DNA of 64,000 bases from a bacterium (GTDB lineage Bacteria; Bdellovibrionota_C; UBA2361; CALJRW01), in the NCBI GenBank assembly GCA_031385045.1, contig JANNBC010000021.1:1-64000 (forward strand). The letters run 5' to 3'. The notes beneath the pieces are model-generated. The model was not told where the DNA came from. It did not search any database and was given only the letters and a program-made list of their open reading frames with translations. Shown here piece by piece: positions 32,401 through 42,221 of this stretch (within the stretch, counting starts at the first letter, position 1; each line of letters starts with the position of its first letter). The position numbers and the translations under genes are program-made.

Positions 32401-32738
32401 ATAGGAGAGTTGTCGGGAAAGTTTGTTGGATTAAAAGAAGCATTCCAAGTGTTAAATGCGCGAAAAGGATATTTAGTTACTGGGCCAGCAATATCTTGTA
32501 CCTGCAGACAAAGATCGATCTTATTTGCTACAGCACTGTTATGTCGAAGCTCGATTACATGAGCTGACGTTTGTCCCTCAGCATAACCTGTGACATTACC
32601 ATGATCCCAACTACTTGATGAAGGTTGCCAAACATCTGGAAATACATTTCCTGGATTAATATAAGGTTGCGCATTAACAGCGCTAGTAAAAAACAAAATT
32701 AATGGAAGAGCTTTAAATAGTTTGGAAAATGAACTCAT
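29424..32738 (-). CDS. Large secreted protein with 19 Myxococcus-type cysteine-rich (DUF4215-like) repeats and basic C-terminal domain
   Basis: Signal peptide (ATG 32738); CGNG..D..E.CDDGN...GDGC...C 31-aa repeats; [11 protein letters not shown]. Confidence 0.9.
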   Translation of the reverse strand: MSSFSKLFKALPLILFFTSAVNAQPYINPGNVFPDVWQPSSSSWDHGNVTGYAEGQTSAHVIELRHNSAVANKIDLCLQVQDIAGPVTKYPFRAFNTWNASFNPTNFPDNSPIPALSDTNGVFGLVNGTFNSVSAASLGAGACSANYLGVEIVFTKINTALSTYLLYGGILTKEGDALPAGANDAIVPVSKSSSYINGVFQSRMATSSADKTINFSNVSLAPGINLQKTVTSATGTCGVDDGESISVANGTQVKFCFVISNTGGTDLLNLTLNDTTLGVNLTAGLTGLTDEDGDTFADDLAFGATAKTEFLHTATGDLVNTAIAAAGSTTSQDISSVTIYECGDGDLNPGESCDDGNLTPGDGCNATCALEACGNGVVDSGEGCDDGNLNAGDGCNATCQTEICGNGVIDSGEQCDDGNIVAADGCSATCQTEACGNKTLDPFEQCDDGNTIVGDGCNASCLIEVCGNGVIDFNEDCDDSNTTSGDGCSAFCRTEVCGNGIVDPSEQCDDGNLTKGDGCSGFCQFEVCGNSVIDPTEVCDDGNVTNNDGCNSTCQNEACGDGIKQTSEACDDGNLTNNDGCSATCLDEACGDGIIQSSEACDDKNTTAGDGCSATCQIEICGNGALDPAEACDDANTTEGDGCNDICQDEICGNGIIDLGEDCDDSNTLDNDGCNAKCEIESCGDAVVQKSEGCDDGNTIVGDGCNSTCEVEICGNNVVDSGELCDDGNTTSGDGCSGTCVTEACGNGVKDPSEQCDDGNVTEGDGCSEFCQMEVCGNSIIDPSEVCDDGNTSNNDGCNSTCQNEACGDGTVQASEACDDGNTVNNDGCSATCTSEACGDGTVQTDEACDDSNTSAGDGCSATCQIEVCGNGILDPSEACDDGNTTTGDGCSVTCVEETCGNGILDPSEACDLGKSNSDTGACTLTCQTQIQDCKGVYGGPAKLDRCNVCAGDGLSCITCTTTFNTAGQFVMDGSASDLNKLVIQATGQLRRASSNKYKSFIKATRAEAESLYLASWSATWGIPQSTQSCSSVFCVTASHADLITTVTNNLTRLELLVNSVVEKIRKVTGKKKSGTRLNETAKKYSSEGLTEAAGLPKSTSVCN
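29952..31718 (-). repeat. 19 x 93-bp coding tandem repeats
   Basis: Counted in the translation. Confidence 0.9.
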
Positions 32739-33058
32739 GACACGTACCAGCAAAAATAGAATTAAACGAAACTTCGAGGCTGGTTATTATTACACCCAAA
32801 TGGATTACTATTCAATTTTTTTTTGTTCGTGGATGGAAAGATGATCGACTTATTCTATCTAAGGGCGTAACTCTTTGAATTAATACACAAAATTGATTGT
32901 TTTGACCCAGGGTTTCTAGGACACTTAATTATTATTTTGTATTTATATAAATTAGAAATGGGTGATAGTTAGCTTTTGGGGAGAATTATCTTGTTTGTGG
33001 TGATAGTAACTAATGTAGAGCCATTAGTCTTAGATTAAATACTACGAGGCAAGTAAAC

Positions 33059-33088
33059 ATCTACGAGACAGAAAACTGTCCCGTAGAT
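33059..33088 (-). terminator. Hairpin after the leftward pilin cassette
   Basis: atctacgagacag-aaaa-ctgtcccgtagat. Confidence 0.55.
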
Positions 33089-33098
33089 TATCTCAAGT

Positions 33099-34865
33099 TT
33101 AACGGAACTTCTGACTAATCTTATAGGTATCAAAAGTAATTGAATAAACTTTTGTTGGCGGATTATAGCTAACAAGTTTAGCGACTACACTAGGTATTGT
33201 AATCAGGTTTCCTCCTGTTCCATCAGCAAAGAGTTTGCCATTACCAGTTGCACTAATCCCGTAGGCCTTTAAGCTACCATAAAAGTCAAATGTACCACTA
33301 GTTGTAACAACTGAGTTTTGAAATGGTGCAACGATGTGAGCATTCATTTGCGCTGTTCCATTAAGCGTAATGCTATTCCCAGCAAGCATTAAGCGTAATT
33401 TATAAGGAGCAGCGGTACTGTTTACTAGTTGTCCACCGTTAATGTTACCATTCCAAACTTCTACATAGGCATCAACAAATGTACCATCATCGCCAGTTCC
33501 TGGATTGATTGTAACCGCAGCCTGACCACCACTAAGTGACATTGAGCGGATATAGATCGCTTTAGAATGAGGGTAAGGTAATGTTGATAAGAGTAAATCT
33601 TGTTGAGAAAAGTCTAGAGCATTCCCATCTTTGCCCTTCATGGTGGCGTCGATAGTTGCAAGTGTTAGTTCGTTTAATTTTAAGGTACCTTTATTAGCAA
33701 TCGTTACAGTATCGTAACATCCTGCAGGTAAGTTAAAGACCGTGTTGGCCGAAACTGTAATATCACAGTTAGCAGGGTTTGTTCCACCAGCACCAGAGCC
33801 AACTGGACAAACTTTAGTACCATTATTAGGACAATACTGTGCCCAAGAATAGTCTGTACTATTTACAGTTCCATCTAAGTTACGATCAAATCTAGCCCTA
33901 AGTGGATTGTATAATCCTACGCAACCACCATTTGGACACTCCGCCGCTAAGGCATTATTGTTAGTAATCTTAGCACGAGTGGTAGCTGATAATGCTTGTG
34001 GGGAATAAACACCACCATAAACTTTATATCCAGAACCTCCTAAGGTTACTGCTGTAGTACTAGAAATAATACAGTTAGATCCGTCAGCTCCACGAGCCCA
34101 GGCTCCACCGCTGTAAGTCCAGTTTGCTGATTTACAAGTAGAGCTTCCAGTATTGTCTACAGAATTTTGTCCAAAGAAATTGATGTAATCTCTCATGTAT
34201 GAAGTTTCTGGATTGGCAACTGTACCAGTTCCTACAACATCTGGAAAAACATTCATCGAAAAATTTCCGACAATATTGGCATAGAGATGAATCCCACGAT
34301 CAGGGTTGTTCCCTGTAATTGCATCAATTCTAAATACTGGATTGTAACCATTATTTAAGTTATTTTCAGCCCAGATTAAAGTTAACTTCATGTTAACACC
34401 ACCATTGCTAGCATTTGGAAAAGCTGTGTTAAATGATGTCACAGGATTAAATGAACCAATCGATGGAAAGTTAGAAGTCCCAAATTGGCTATTGTTGGAA
34501 ATCATTGGAGTCAGATTCCCAGTAGTTTTCACTCGGACTCGAGTAGGAACACCAAAGTTTGCCACCTCATTTGTGCCTAGAACATCTTCATTTGTTTTTA
34601 GAACGAAATATGTTCCAAAATTAGCGCTGTCAAAATATGCGCCTAGATTGGTAGTATTTTGCTGAAGCCAATTGTTTACTTCCGAGATCGCTTTTTCTAC
34701 CTCGTAGTAACGGTCGTTAACTAAATTAACTGTGGATGTCGCTTTCACTGCATTGTTAAGCGAAACGTTCATGTTCGCACTTAAAATTGCAACTACTGTG
34801 ATTAATCCCAGTACCCCAATCATCAAGTAACCTGCTTGATCGTTTAATTTAATATTTTTTTTCAT
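33099..34865 (-). CDS. Large PilX/GspK-like tip pilin (ComZ-like beta-rich body)
   Basis: AG|YLMIGV prepilin-like N-terminus without E5; last gene of the cassette; Gly/Asn/Thr-rich beta repeats. Confidence 0.7.
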   Translation of the reverse strand: MKKNIKLNDQAGYLMIGVLGLITVVAILSANMNVSLNNAVKATSTVNLVNDRYYEVEKAISEVNNWLQQNTTNLGAYFDSANFGTYFVLKTNEDVLGTNEVANFGVPTRVRVKTTGNLTPMISNNSQFGTSNFPSIGSFNPVTSFNTAFPNASNGGVNMKLTLIWAENNLNNGYNPVFRIDAITGNNPDRGIHLYANIVGNFSMNVFPDVVGTGTVANPETSYMRDYINFFGQNSVDNTGSSTCKSANWTYSGGAWARGADGSNCIISSTTAVTLGGSGYKVYGGVYSPQALSATTRAKITNNNALAAECPNGGCVGLYNPLRARFDRNLDGTVNSTDYSWAQYCPNNGTKVCPVGSGAGGTNPANCDITVSANTVFNLPAGCYDTVTIANKGTLKLNELTLATIDATMKGKDGNALDFSQQDLLLSTLPYPHSKAIYIRSMSLSGGQAAVTINPGTGDDGTFVDAYVEVWNGNINGGQLVNSTAAPYKLRLMLAGNSITLNGTAQMNAHIVAPFQNSVVTTSGTFDFYGSLKAYGISATGNGKLFADGTGGNLITIPSVVAKLVSYNPPTKVYSITFDTYKISQKFR

Positions 34866-34960
34866 ATCGCAATTATCCTTCTCAGCTCTATCATTCGGCA
34901 GTTTCGTAAAATTTTATTAGTAATGATCAAAATGATATTATTTGAATGAATATTCATTTT

Positions 34961-35908
34961 TTAGTTTTTAGATCTTAGATTCTTAATAGCAAACAGTTGA
35001 GTAATACTAGCTATATAGGGAGTTCCAACATTTCCTAAAGCAGCTAAATTCTTTTCTGAAGTGACATTTACCGTAATTTCAATGAAGTTTAATGATTGAT
35101 CTAGCAAGTCATCATCCGTAATTGTTGGTATTTCTACTAAGGTAATAGCATTCCCAACCTGAGTATAAGAATAATAGCGAGCAGTAAAGCTAGCATTTCT
35201 AGCTAGCTCTAAAGGGGTACTATCATTAATTTGCCGTGTAATAGTGTTGACTCCACCAGATACTGTATTTGTTAGTGTAATATCTGAAACTGGTTCTAAA
35301 ATTGATCCAATTCCAAATCCTGCAAATCCAGAGACTTCGGAAAGCCAGTAACCATTGTTGACAACATCAATTAGTACACGTTTATTGGCTACATCAACTC
35401 CTGTATTATCATCTTTAATTTCCCCCCAAAAGCCTTCCTGTTTTGCTAGAGATTTATTAGTAATATAAATTGGATCGCCAGGAAAAAGCCCATCGACATC
35501 ATGCAGTGTCACATAGAAATTACTAGCGCCAATCGAAAAAGTTGCTGTTGTCATATAAACAGTTCCAGTTTCATTTAAGCGATATTGAATTGTTTGATCG
35601 TCACTGGCAGTGAAAATTGGATAGGTAATATCTGGTACAGAGCTAGCATTATTTTCATCTAGTAAGCTGTCCCCAATATTAAAATTATCAACTTCAAAAG
35701 GCAGTCCATTACCAATCATCCTTAAATCAATTCCAATTAAGTTAATAATTGCTTGGGCTTCATTATGGGTACTTTGCATCAGATTATTATCAATATGCAC
35801 CTTACTGGCAAAGGTGATTTGTTGCACAAAGAAGCCCAAGACAATAATGGCTATTGTGGAGCTAACTAAAAATTCGGTTACGGTAAAAGCTTTTTTCATA
35901 GTTACCAT
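34961..35908 (-). CDS. PilW/GspJ-like minor pilin
   Basis: KA|FTVTEFLV; IGIDLRMIG motif. Confidence 0.75.
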   Translation of the reverse strand: MVTMKKAFTVTEFLVSSTIAIIVLGFFVQQITFASKVHIDNNLMQSTHNEAQAIINLIGIDLRMIGNGLPFEVDNFNIGDSLLDENNASSVPDITYPIFTASDDQTIQYRLNETGTVYMTTATFSIGASNFYVTLHDVDGLFPGDPIYITNKSLAKQEGFWGEIKDDNTGVDVANKRVLIDVVNNGYWLSEVSGFAGFGIGSILEPVSDITLTNTVSGGVNTITRQINDSTPLELARNASFTARYYSYTQVGNAITLVEIPTITDDDLLDQSLNFIEITVNVTSEKNLAALGNVGTPYIASITQLFAIKNLRSKN

Positions 35909-36309
35909 TTTGCAAAATCAACGGTTCCGGTGTAGGTCATCGGAAAGAGTGAATGATTACTAGTAACTGTTACGGTGATACTAATAAGTGTACTATTTGA
36001 GACAATTGTGGTTACTCGATTGAATGTATATCTTGATCCTAAATTGGCATACGTAATATTATTTGAGGTAGCAGTGCCCGTTGTTAGTGAGTTAGGATTA
36101 ACCATGGAGTAGACTTCTAACTGACTGCGTACCAGAGACTCAGCTGCTTCTCGCACCCTAAAACGCTGACCAGTACGAAGATGATTATTCATATTTTGAG
36201 TAAGACCAAGACCGACTACTCCTACTAGCACAATAACTGCTAATGCTTCGATCATGCCTACCGCCTTCGGGCTCTTTATATTTTTAATATAAAAATTAAT
36301 TTTAAACAT
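35902..36309 (-). CDS. PilV/GspI-like minor pilin
   Basis: KA|VGMIEALAV; small beta-rich C-terminus. Confidence 0.7.
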   Translation of the reverse strand: MFKINFYIKNIKSPKAVGMIEALAVIVLVGVVGLGLTQNMNNHLRTGQRFRVREAAESLVRSQLEVYSMVNPNSLTTGTATSNNITYANLGSRYTFNRVTTIVSNSTLISITVTVTSNHSLFPMTYTGTVDFAKW

Positions 36310-36312
36310 TTG

Positions 36313-36846
36313 CTAATTTAAAAAAGTTAAGGCGCCACCTGGGGTAATTGTTGCTTGTTTGTAAAGTGTCCCATTATAATAAAAAGTTACGGTGTGACTT
36401 CTTAATAAGCCTAGTTCATCAATCACCTTTCCTTTGGAGTCAAAAATAATTGGAGTATATACTGAAGGGTCTGTCGCATCAGTAATAGTCATTGTGAAAT
36501 TATCAGGAAGTACTGTTGTGAACTGATGCGATGTTAATATGGCGGTATCATAAGTAATTGGGGCAGTTACATCATATTCCAAATAATCATAACCAAAGCT
36601 ATATTCATCTTGATCGGCATTTAGAATCATAATCCCACGACCGCCCTCAGACACAGCTTGAAGTCGAGCTAGGCTGACGTCATTAGCAAAAGTAGATAGT
36701 ACATCCATTCGTGAGTAGCTTTCTCTGACCTTTTGGAAACCTAAGGTGGAGATTCCAGCAAAAATTCCCATTAAGGCAACTACAACCAAAAGCTCCAATA
36801 AGCTAAATCCAGAGTCTAATTGTTTAATCTCGAGATATTCTTTCAA
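36313..36846 (-). CDS. FimT/FimU/GspH-like minor pilin
   Basis: SG|FSLLELLVV, LARLQAV, IIFDSKG. Confidence 0.8.
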   Translation of the reverse strand: MKEYLEIKQLDSGFSLLELLVVVALMGIFAGISTLGFQKVRESYSRMDVLSTFANDVSLARLQAVSEGGRGIMILNADQDEYSFGYDYLEYDVTAPITYDTAILTSHQFTTVLPDNFTMTITDATDPSVYTPIIFDSKGKVIDELGLLRSHTVTFYYNGTLYKQATITPGGALTFLN

Positions 36847-36918
36847 GGGGTATTTTAAATAAATTTTTAATTACTAATTTTTAGGTAATTCCCTAAATAG
36901 GGATGAATCTAAGATGAA

Positions 36919-36945
36919 CTGTCGGCTTAAAATGTCTCAAGCTTA
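36919..36945 (-). promoter_or_regulatory. Sigma-28/FliA-like promoter of the leftward pilin cassette
   Basis: TAAG-N15-GCCGACAG on the minus strand. Confidence 0.55.
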
Positions 36946-37258
36946 AGTAGTAGAACGAGAAAAACCAAATTGAAATACTTAAACTGAGATAACCTTTTAT
37001 TTAATTTTCAGAATAAACAGTGATTTTAAGTGTTTATCAAGTTATTCAGTTTTTAGGTTTTGGAAGTGGGCATGCCTTAGATGTAGAATAAGAAAACCTT
37101 GTTTTAATAATAAAGGGTTTGGAGGGATTTCAGGGTGAGTCTAAAAACTAATTCCCTTTAAAATCAGGAAATTAGTTTTTTTGTCTTACTATATTAATAA
37201 TATTAACTCATTTCCTGAATGATTATTAAGAATGCCTAAAGTTTTTTTACACAAAGGT

Positions 37259-37286
37259 TAATCCCTCTCATTAATCTGGTCGACAT
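37259..37286 (+). promoter_or_regulatory. Sigma-28/FliA-like promoter of the rightward pilin cassette
   Basis: TAAT-N16-GTCGACAT. Confidence 0.4.
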
Positions 37287-37343
37287 GCATGATTAGCCTA
37301 ATTCCCGTCAAGGATGATGTGTCTGCTAGGTCAAAGGAAAAAA

Positions 37344-37781
37344 ATGTTTGAAAAAGGATTTTCACTAGTTGAACTGTTGGTAGTTCTTTCGCTGACTTCG
37401 ATTCTCTTAGGATTTGGCGTTTATGGGGTTCATCAGCTTGTGAATCCAGCCATCTCTGCCTCCGAAGAATTAGTTACGCTTCTCAAGGTAGTTCGTTCCA
37501 AAGCAATCTCTAATACAGTTGCTTATAAGCTTGAGCCTAGTGGTAGCAATCGCCTGGTTGCTAGTTATCGTGCGGAATGTGTTTCCACAGACCCATGGAA
37601 AAGCGATGGTCAGCTTACTCTTAATTTACCTAGCGGTGCATATTTGAGTAGTAATTCGTGGGTTGTTTGTTACGACACCCGCGGTTTTCCAGATGCTAAT
37701 GTTGTCTTTGATGTCCGTGAAAGCGGTGGCAAAAAGAAAACAATTGAAATTTATTTAGGTGGAGGATTATCAGTTAGCTAA
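37344..37781 (+). CDS. FimT/FimU/GspH-like minor pilin
   Basis: KG|FSLVELLVV, VRSKAI, CYDTRG; start ATG 37344. Confidence 0.8.
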   Translation: MFEKGFSLVELLVVLSLTSILLGFGVYGVHQLVNPAISASEELVTLLKVVRSKAISNTVAYKLEPSGSNRLVASYRAECVSTDPWKSDGQLTLNLPSGAYLSSNSWVVCYDTRGFPDANVVFDVRESGGKKKTIEIYLGGGLSVS

Positions 37782-37903
37782 AAAATTAAATAAAAACTTA
37801 TTTAGACATTTTAATTGAGCTGGAGTGCATAATTAAAATGGGATGTCTTAGGCGTGGAGGCTCAATAATAAAGTCTTACTCAAAAGGTATTTAATAAAAT
37901 ATT

Positions 37904-38335
37904 ATGTTCAAGGATCGAACAAACAAGTTTGTATATTCTCAGGGGCTAAAAGAAAATGCTTTTAGTTTAATTGAGATCTTAGTGGCCCTTTCAATTTTGG
38001 CCTTTGTGCTAACTGCATTTCACACTTCCTTAACACAAGCTTCGAACTCTATTAAAAATGCTGAAATTAAATCGGAGGCTCAAATTGCGGCGCAGCAAGT
38101 ATTGGATGTCCTTCGTTTAGCCAATCCTTCAACACTGCCTAGAACAAGGACATCTGACCCAGCAGAAAATATCATAGTTGGTCGCACTACTTATCAAGTT
38201 TTAGTTACGTATTGTAGCAATTTAACTTATTGCCCACCAACCACCACTAACGACACGCGCCATGTGGCAGTAGATGTAAAGTACAATAACCAATTAGTTT
38301 ATGAGGTAGAAAGTGTATTTACGAAGCTTAATTAA
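37904..38335 (+). CDS. PilV/GspI-like minor pilin
   Basis: NA|FSLIEILVAL; AQIAAQQVLDVLR. Confidence 0.8.
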   Translation: MFKDRTNKFVYSQGLKENAFSLIEILVALSILAFVLTAFHTSLTQASNSIKNAEIKSEAQIAAQQVLDVLRLANPSTLPRTRTSDPAENIIVGRTTYQVLVTYCSNLTYCPPTTTNDTRHVAVDVKYNNQLVYEVESVFTKLN

Positions 38336-39233
38336 AAACTCTGATTTAGGGTTTACGATTGTCGAGCTACTGATCTCGACCACGATCTTTTTAGTGATTA
38401 GTGCGATAGCTTTAACTTCTTTAGTCTCCCTTCATAAGCTTTATAGTCATGATTTTTTAAGAGCAAAAGCAAATCAAGATTTGCGGGGAATTTTTGATTT
38501 AGTTGCCTCAGAAGTTCGCTTAGTAGGAGAAAACTTACCAGAAACTTTTCCAGCACTGACGTTGGTAAATGGCTTAAATGGTGCACCAGATGTTTTGTCT
38601 TTGCGACGTAATCTATTGGGCGAAGTACTGAAATTATGTGACACAATTACTGCGGGAACTGCAGGTGGTAATCTTCGTTTTTCCTTACATAGTTCAACTA
38701 CTAATCCAACGCCAGCATCATGTGGTTACTCTGTAAATTTGGCTAATTATAATGCTTGGAATGCTTATTGGGTGGGGGAAAGTTCCGGTAATTTAAAAGC
38801 GTATTTATATAACCAAACAAGTCGAGTTGGGGAGTTTTTTACCTTTAATAATATTGGAATAAATAGTGGATACTACCGTTTATTAAAACAGAATCTGAAC
38901 AATTGGATTAATAGTTACAATATCAATAATGGTTCAATTTATCTACTGGAAGAATGGGAATTGCAGCTAGACCCCTCTACCAAAGTTCTTAAGTTAGTTA
39001 ATGCCGATGACACCACAAATTTTTTAAACATTGCCAATAACATTACAGATTTTCAAGTGGCAATTGAAATGCAAGATGGCACTACTGTTAATGTTTTTAA
39101 TAATGCTGATAATTGGAGACGGATACAATCAGTAGTGGTGACAATTACTAGTACTCAAAATGGCTCCGGGAAGACAGTAAGTCGTTCTTGGACTGGAAAG
39201 ATTTTCCCAAGAAATATTATTTCTTCAAGTTAA
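38313..39233 (+). CDS. PilW/GspJ-like minor pilin
   Basis: LG|FTIVELLI; VASEVRLVG; C-terminal IFPRN. Confidence 0.8.
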   Translation: MYLRSLIKNSDLGFTIVELLISTTIFLVISAIALTSLVSLHKLYSHDFLRAKANQDLRGIFDLVASEVRLVGENLPETFPALTLVNGLNGAPDVLSLRRNLLGEVLKLCDTITAGTAGGNLRFSLHSSTTNPTPASCGYSVNLANYNAWNAYWVGESSGNLKAYLYNQTSRVGEFFTFNNIGINSGYYRLLKQNLNNWINSYNINNGSIYLLEEWELQLDPSTKVLKLVNADDTTNFLNIANNITDFQVAIEMQDGTTVNVFNNADNWRRIQSVVVTITSTQNGSGKTVSRSWTGKIFPRNIISSS

Positions 39234-39234
39234 T

Positions 39235-41121
39235 ATGAAATTAGCAGTATCAAAATTTTATAATCGGCCCTTACTAATACAGCGCAGGGATCGGGGCTAT
39301 GCACTATTAACTACAATGATGATGGTCTTAGTAATGGGAATTATGTTGGCCACTTATCATTCGATTGCCTCGCTTGATTTAGCAACTCTTAAATCCTCTG
39401 CCCGTTATGAAAAATCTTTTTATGCGGCCGAAGCTTCGCTAAATGCTAGAGCAGAAGAATTTCGCCAAATCTTTACTTATCATAACTTGCCAGTCGGAGT
39501 TAATCCTAACCAAGCAACTCCCTGCAGTGGAAGTAATAATGGGACAGGAGATTATGCTTGTAAAAGTTATGTTTTTGCCAAGAATTCTGCGAAGACTTAT
39601 GTGATTGCCAAATCAGCAACTCCAGTCACTGTTACAATTCCGCAGGGCGAACCCTATGCTGGATTATATGCTCAAGAATATAGCTATGATGTTTTTTCTA
39701 CTGCGACAAGAGCAGATGGTTCCGTCGGTGCGAAACTAGGCTTGCGATTTAAGAGTCGCGTTGTACCAATGTATCAATTCGCGGCTTTCTATAATAAAGA
39801 TTTAGAGATTACTCCAATCGCTAACATGGTAATTGGTGGCCCAATTCATAGTAATGGTAATTTGTATTTAAATACCTCGGCAACTCTAACTATTAATGGT
39901 CAAATTACTACAGTTGGAGATATTTACCGTGGCCGAAAGGCAGCTAATGATTGTTACACGGGGACAATTCGTGTTGCTCATGAAATGCCTAGTGGAACAT
40001 TAGATCCTTCCATTCTGACATCTTTTGCTGTTAACAGTCAGTACAGTTGTGCTACTGGAAATACCAGAAAGTTTTTAGGGAATAATTCCTTTAGTCCATG
40101 GAATGGGATGATTCACCAACATGTTGGTGATTTAGACGTTCCAAATATTACCGAGTTTGATCCAGTAGCTGGTGCGGAGTTTTGGGATCTTTCTGATTTA
40201 CGTTTAGTGCTTCGTGTTAATGCTTCTGGGACACCGATTACTACTAATTCACCAACAGGTATCGAAGCTAGAACTCAAGCAGGGACTGTTCAGACTGCAA
40301 TTACTCAAAAAATAAATCGGATGGTCACTACTACTTGTGCTGGGCCAGCAGCAGCGCCATTTAATGGTCGTCCAATTGGTACTAGTAATACTATGTATAA
40401 TGAAATTGATGGAGGTTTAATTCGGATGTTAGAGGTTGATATGGGAAGTCTTCTTAAGTGTTTACATGATGAAGGACTAGTGGCTTTAAATGATACGACG
40501 AATAAAGGCTTGGTTTTTCATTTAACTGTGGAAGGACCTTCGAGTGGTGTCATTAATCGCTATGGAGTGCGAATTCGAAATGGGGCTACGCTTGCCGCTA
40601 CGGGAGCGCCAGCAATCGAAGGCTTAACAATTGTTAGTGATCAAGCAATGTACATTTATGGAAATTATAATTCAGTAAACAAAAAGCCGGCAGCTCTTAT
40701 TTCGGATTCCTTAAATGTAATTTCTAGTGCTTGGGTTGATGGATATTCACCAACAAATTATACGAATAGAATTGCAGTAAACACTACGGTGAACGCAGCT
40801 GTAGTTGCTGGAACTATTACAACTGGTGGTGCTGAAGGAGTGGCTGGGCATAACTTAAGTCCAAATAGCGCCGGAGTTAATAACTTTGCTCGGCTGCATG
40901 AAAACTGGACAGGTAAAACACTGACGATATTAGGCTCTTTTGTAAGTCTCTCAACCCCCCGTTACAGTAATGGTTCGATTGTCTCTGGTGGACACTTCGC
41001 TCCACCAACTCGTAACTTTGATTTTGATTTAGATTATAACAATCCAATTAATTTACCACCAGTTTCAATTTCGTTTGTTTATCTAAAACAAATTTTATTT
41101 TCAAGAGATTTTGAAATTTAA
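39235..41121 (+). CDS. Large PilX/GspK-like tip pilin (ComZ-like)
   Basis: RG|YALLTT without E5; FYAAEA; GPIHSNGNLY; GNYN; PPTRNFDFD. Confidence 0.75.
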   Translation: MKLAVSKFYNRPLLIQRRDRGYALLTTMMMVLVMGIMLATYHSIASLDLATLKSSARYEKSFYAAEASLNARAEEFRQIFTYHNLPVGVNPNQATPCSGSNNGTGDYACKSYVFAKNSAKTYVIAKSATPVTVTIPQGEPYAGLYAQEYSYDVFSTATRADGSVGAKLGLRFKSRVVPMYQFAAFYNKDLEITPIANMVIGGPIHSNGNLYLNTSATLTINGQITTVGDIYRGRKAANDCYTGTIRVAHEMPSGTLDPSILTSFAVNSQYSCATGNTRKFLGNNSFSPWNGMIHQHVGDLDVPNITEFDPVAGAEFWDLSDLRLVLRVNASGTPITTNSPTGIEARTQAGTVQTAITQKINRMVTTTCAGPAAAPFNGRPIGTSNTMYNEIDGGLIRMLEVDMGSLLKCLHDEGLVALNDTTNKGLVFHLTVEGPSSGVINRYGVRIRNGATLAATGAPAIEGLTIVSDQAMYIYGNYNSVNKKPAALISDSLNVISSAWVDGYSPTNYTNRIAVNTTVNAAVVAGTITTGGAEGVAGHNLSPNSAGVNNFARLHENWTGKTLTILGSFVSLSTPRYSNGSIVSGGHFAPPTRNFDFDLDYNNPINLPPVSISFVYLKQILFSRDFEI

Positions 41122-41124
41122 ATT

Positions 41125-42144
41125 TTAATCAAAAAAATAACTGATGGAGGTAACTAAAAGTAAGTTATTTGTGTCTCCCGAAGTAGTAAAAGTGGTATTG
41201 CCTCCGAATAATAGTTTAACTTCATTACGCCAGAAAAGGTTTTTTATAATTTGATAATCAAGATTAGTAGAGGCCCCATAAACTTGAAAACTACTACCGC
41301 TAATACTTTTAACTAAAACTTGGTGGGGATCCGAAAACCTTTCAGCTCTTAGGGTTAACGACGTTTTTTGATTTAAACTTATTTTTGATAGTAGGGCAAT
41401 TCCATGCCACCAATTCCAGTCAGAGAACTGTTCTTGATATCCTAAGTCAAAAACAATTCCCAAATCAATCCAGCTATTGGCCTTCATTTTAAAAACAAAA
41501 TCATTAAAAATCCTGGTTCCGGATTCATCTCCAATAAAATTACTATAACTAAAGGAAGTAATAGGGCTCAGTTGGTTATAATATTGGAGGCCATAGCATA
41601 AGTTGCGATCGCTGGTAATATTTTGCCAACCATTTAAAAGGTGCAAGCTAAGGAAGTCTTGGTCTCCTAAGTCATAGGTAAGTTTGCCTCCCGACTGATA
41701 GTAGGGTGTATATTCACTAACTAAAGATCTGGTGTAAGCCCAGTTATCCTTTGAAGCCCAAGTTTCTAGTCCGATATGAGAGTAGTAAATTCCAGCATCA
41801 AGCCAAAGTCCTTCTGTGATTTGTAAGCCGAAGTTGGCTTCTTGAATATATTTAATACTTTGATCTGCTTCTGCTGAATAGTTAGATTCTACAGAGCTTC
41901 CTGCTTGTATTGCAAGTCTTGCTCGATAGGTTTCTTGATTCAATCTAGCTCCTAGACTAGCCAAGTTGATAGCTGGTTCTTCATTATAATAGGCTTGAGT
42001 GGTATAGTTACGAAGCCTATGACCATTTCGATCGGATTCGTAAGCATAGTAGGTGTCAAGAAAACCATCATATTCAAGATGGTTTTCTGCAATTAATATT
42101 TGAGGGAGGAATAGATAACAAATAAATATTAAGTATTTGTTCAT
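41125..42144 (-). CDS. Outer-membrane beta-barrel porin (BBP2/DUF1597-like)
   Basis: Signal peptide; GFLDTYY, SHIGLE, YTPYYQSG, NGWQ; aromatic C-terminus. Confidence 0.8.
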   Translation of the reverse strand: MNKYLIFICYLFLPQILIAENHLEYDGFLDTYYAYESDRNGHRLRNYTTQAYYNEEPAINLASLGARLNQETYRARLAIQAGSSVESNYSAEADQSIKYIQEANFGLQITEGLWLDAGIYYSHIGLETWASKDNWAYTRSLVSEYTPYYQSGGKLTYDLGDQDFLSLHLLNGWQNITSDRNLCYGLQYYNQLSPITSFSYSNFIGDESGTRIFNDFVFKMKANSWIDLGIVFDLGYQEQFSDWNWWHGIALLSKISLNQKTSLTLRAERFSDPHQVLVKSISGSSFQVYGASTNLDYQIIKNLFWRNEVKLLFGGNTTFTTSGDTNNLLLVTSISYFFD

Positions 42145-42221
42145 CTGACTTCAGTGTTTCCGCGGGATGAGCACTTTTGTTAACTGATAGTATATAAAAA
42201 ATTCATTAGCTCTATGCTAAT

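Noticed and set aside
36847..37343. Invertible promoter switching between the two pilin cassettes
   Set aside because: No flanking inverted repeat pair and no recombinase nearby; each side has its own promoter-like motif
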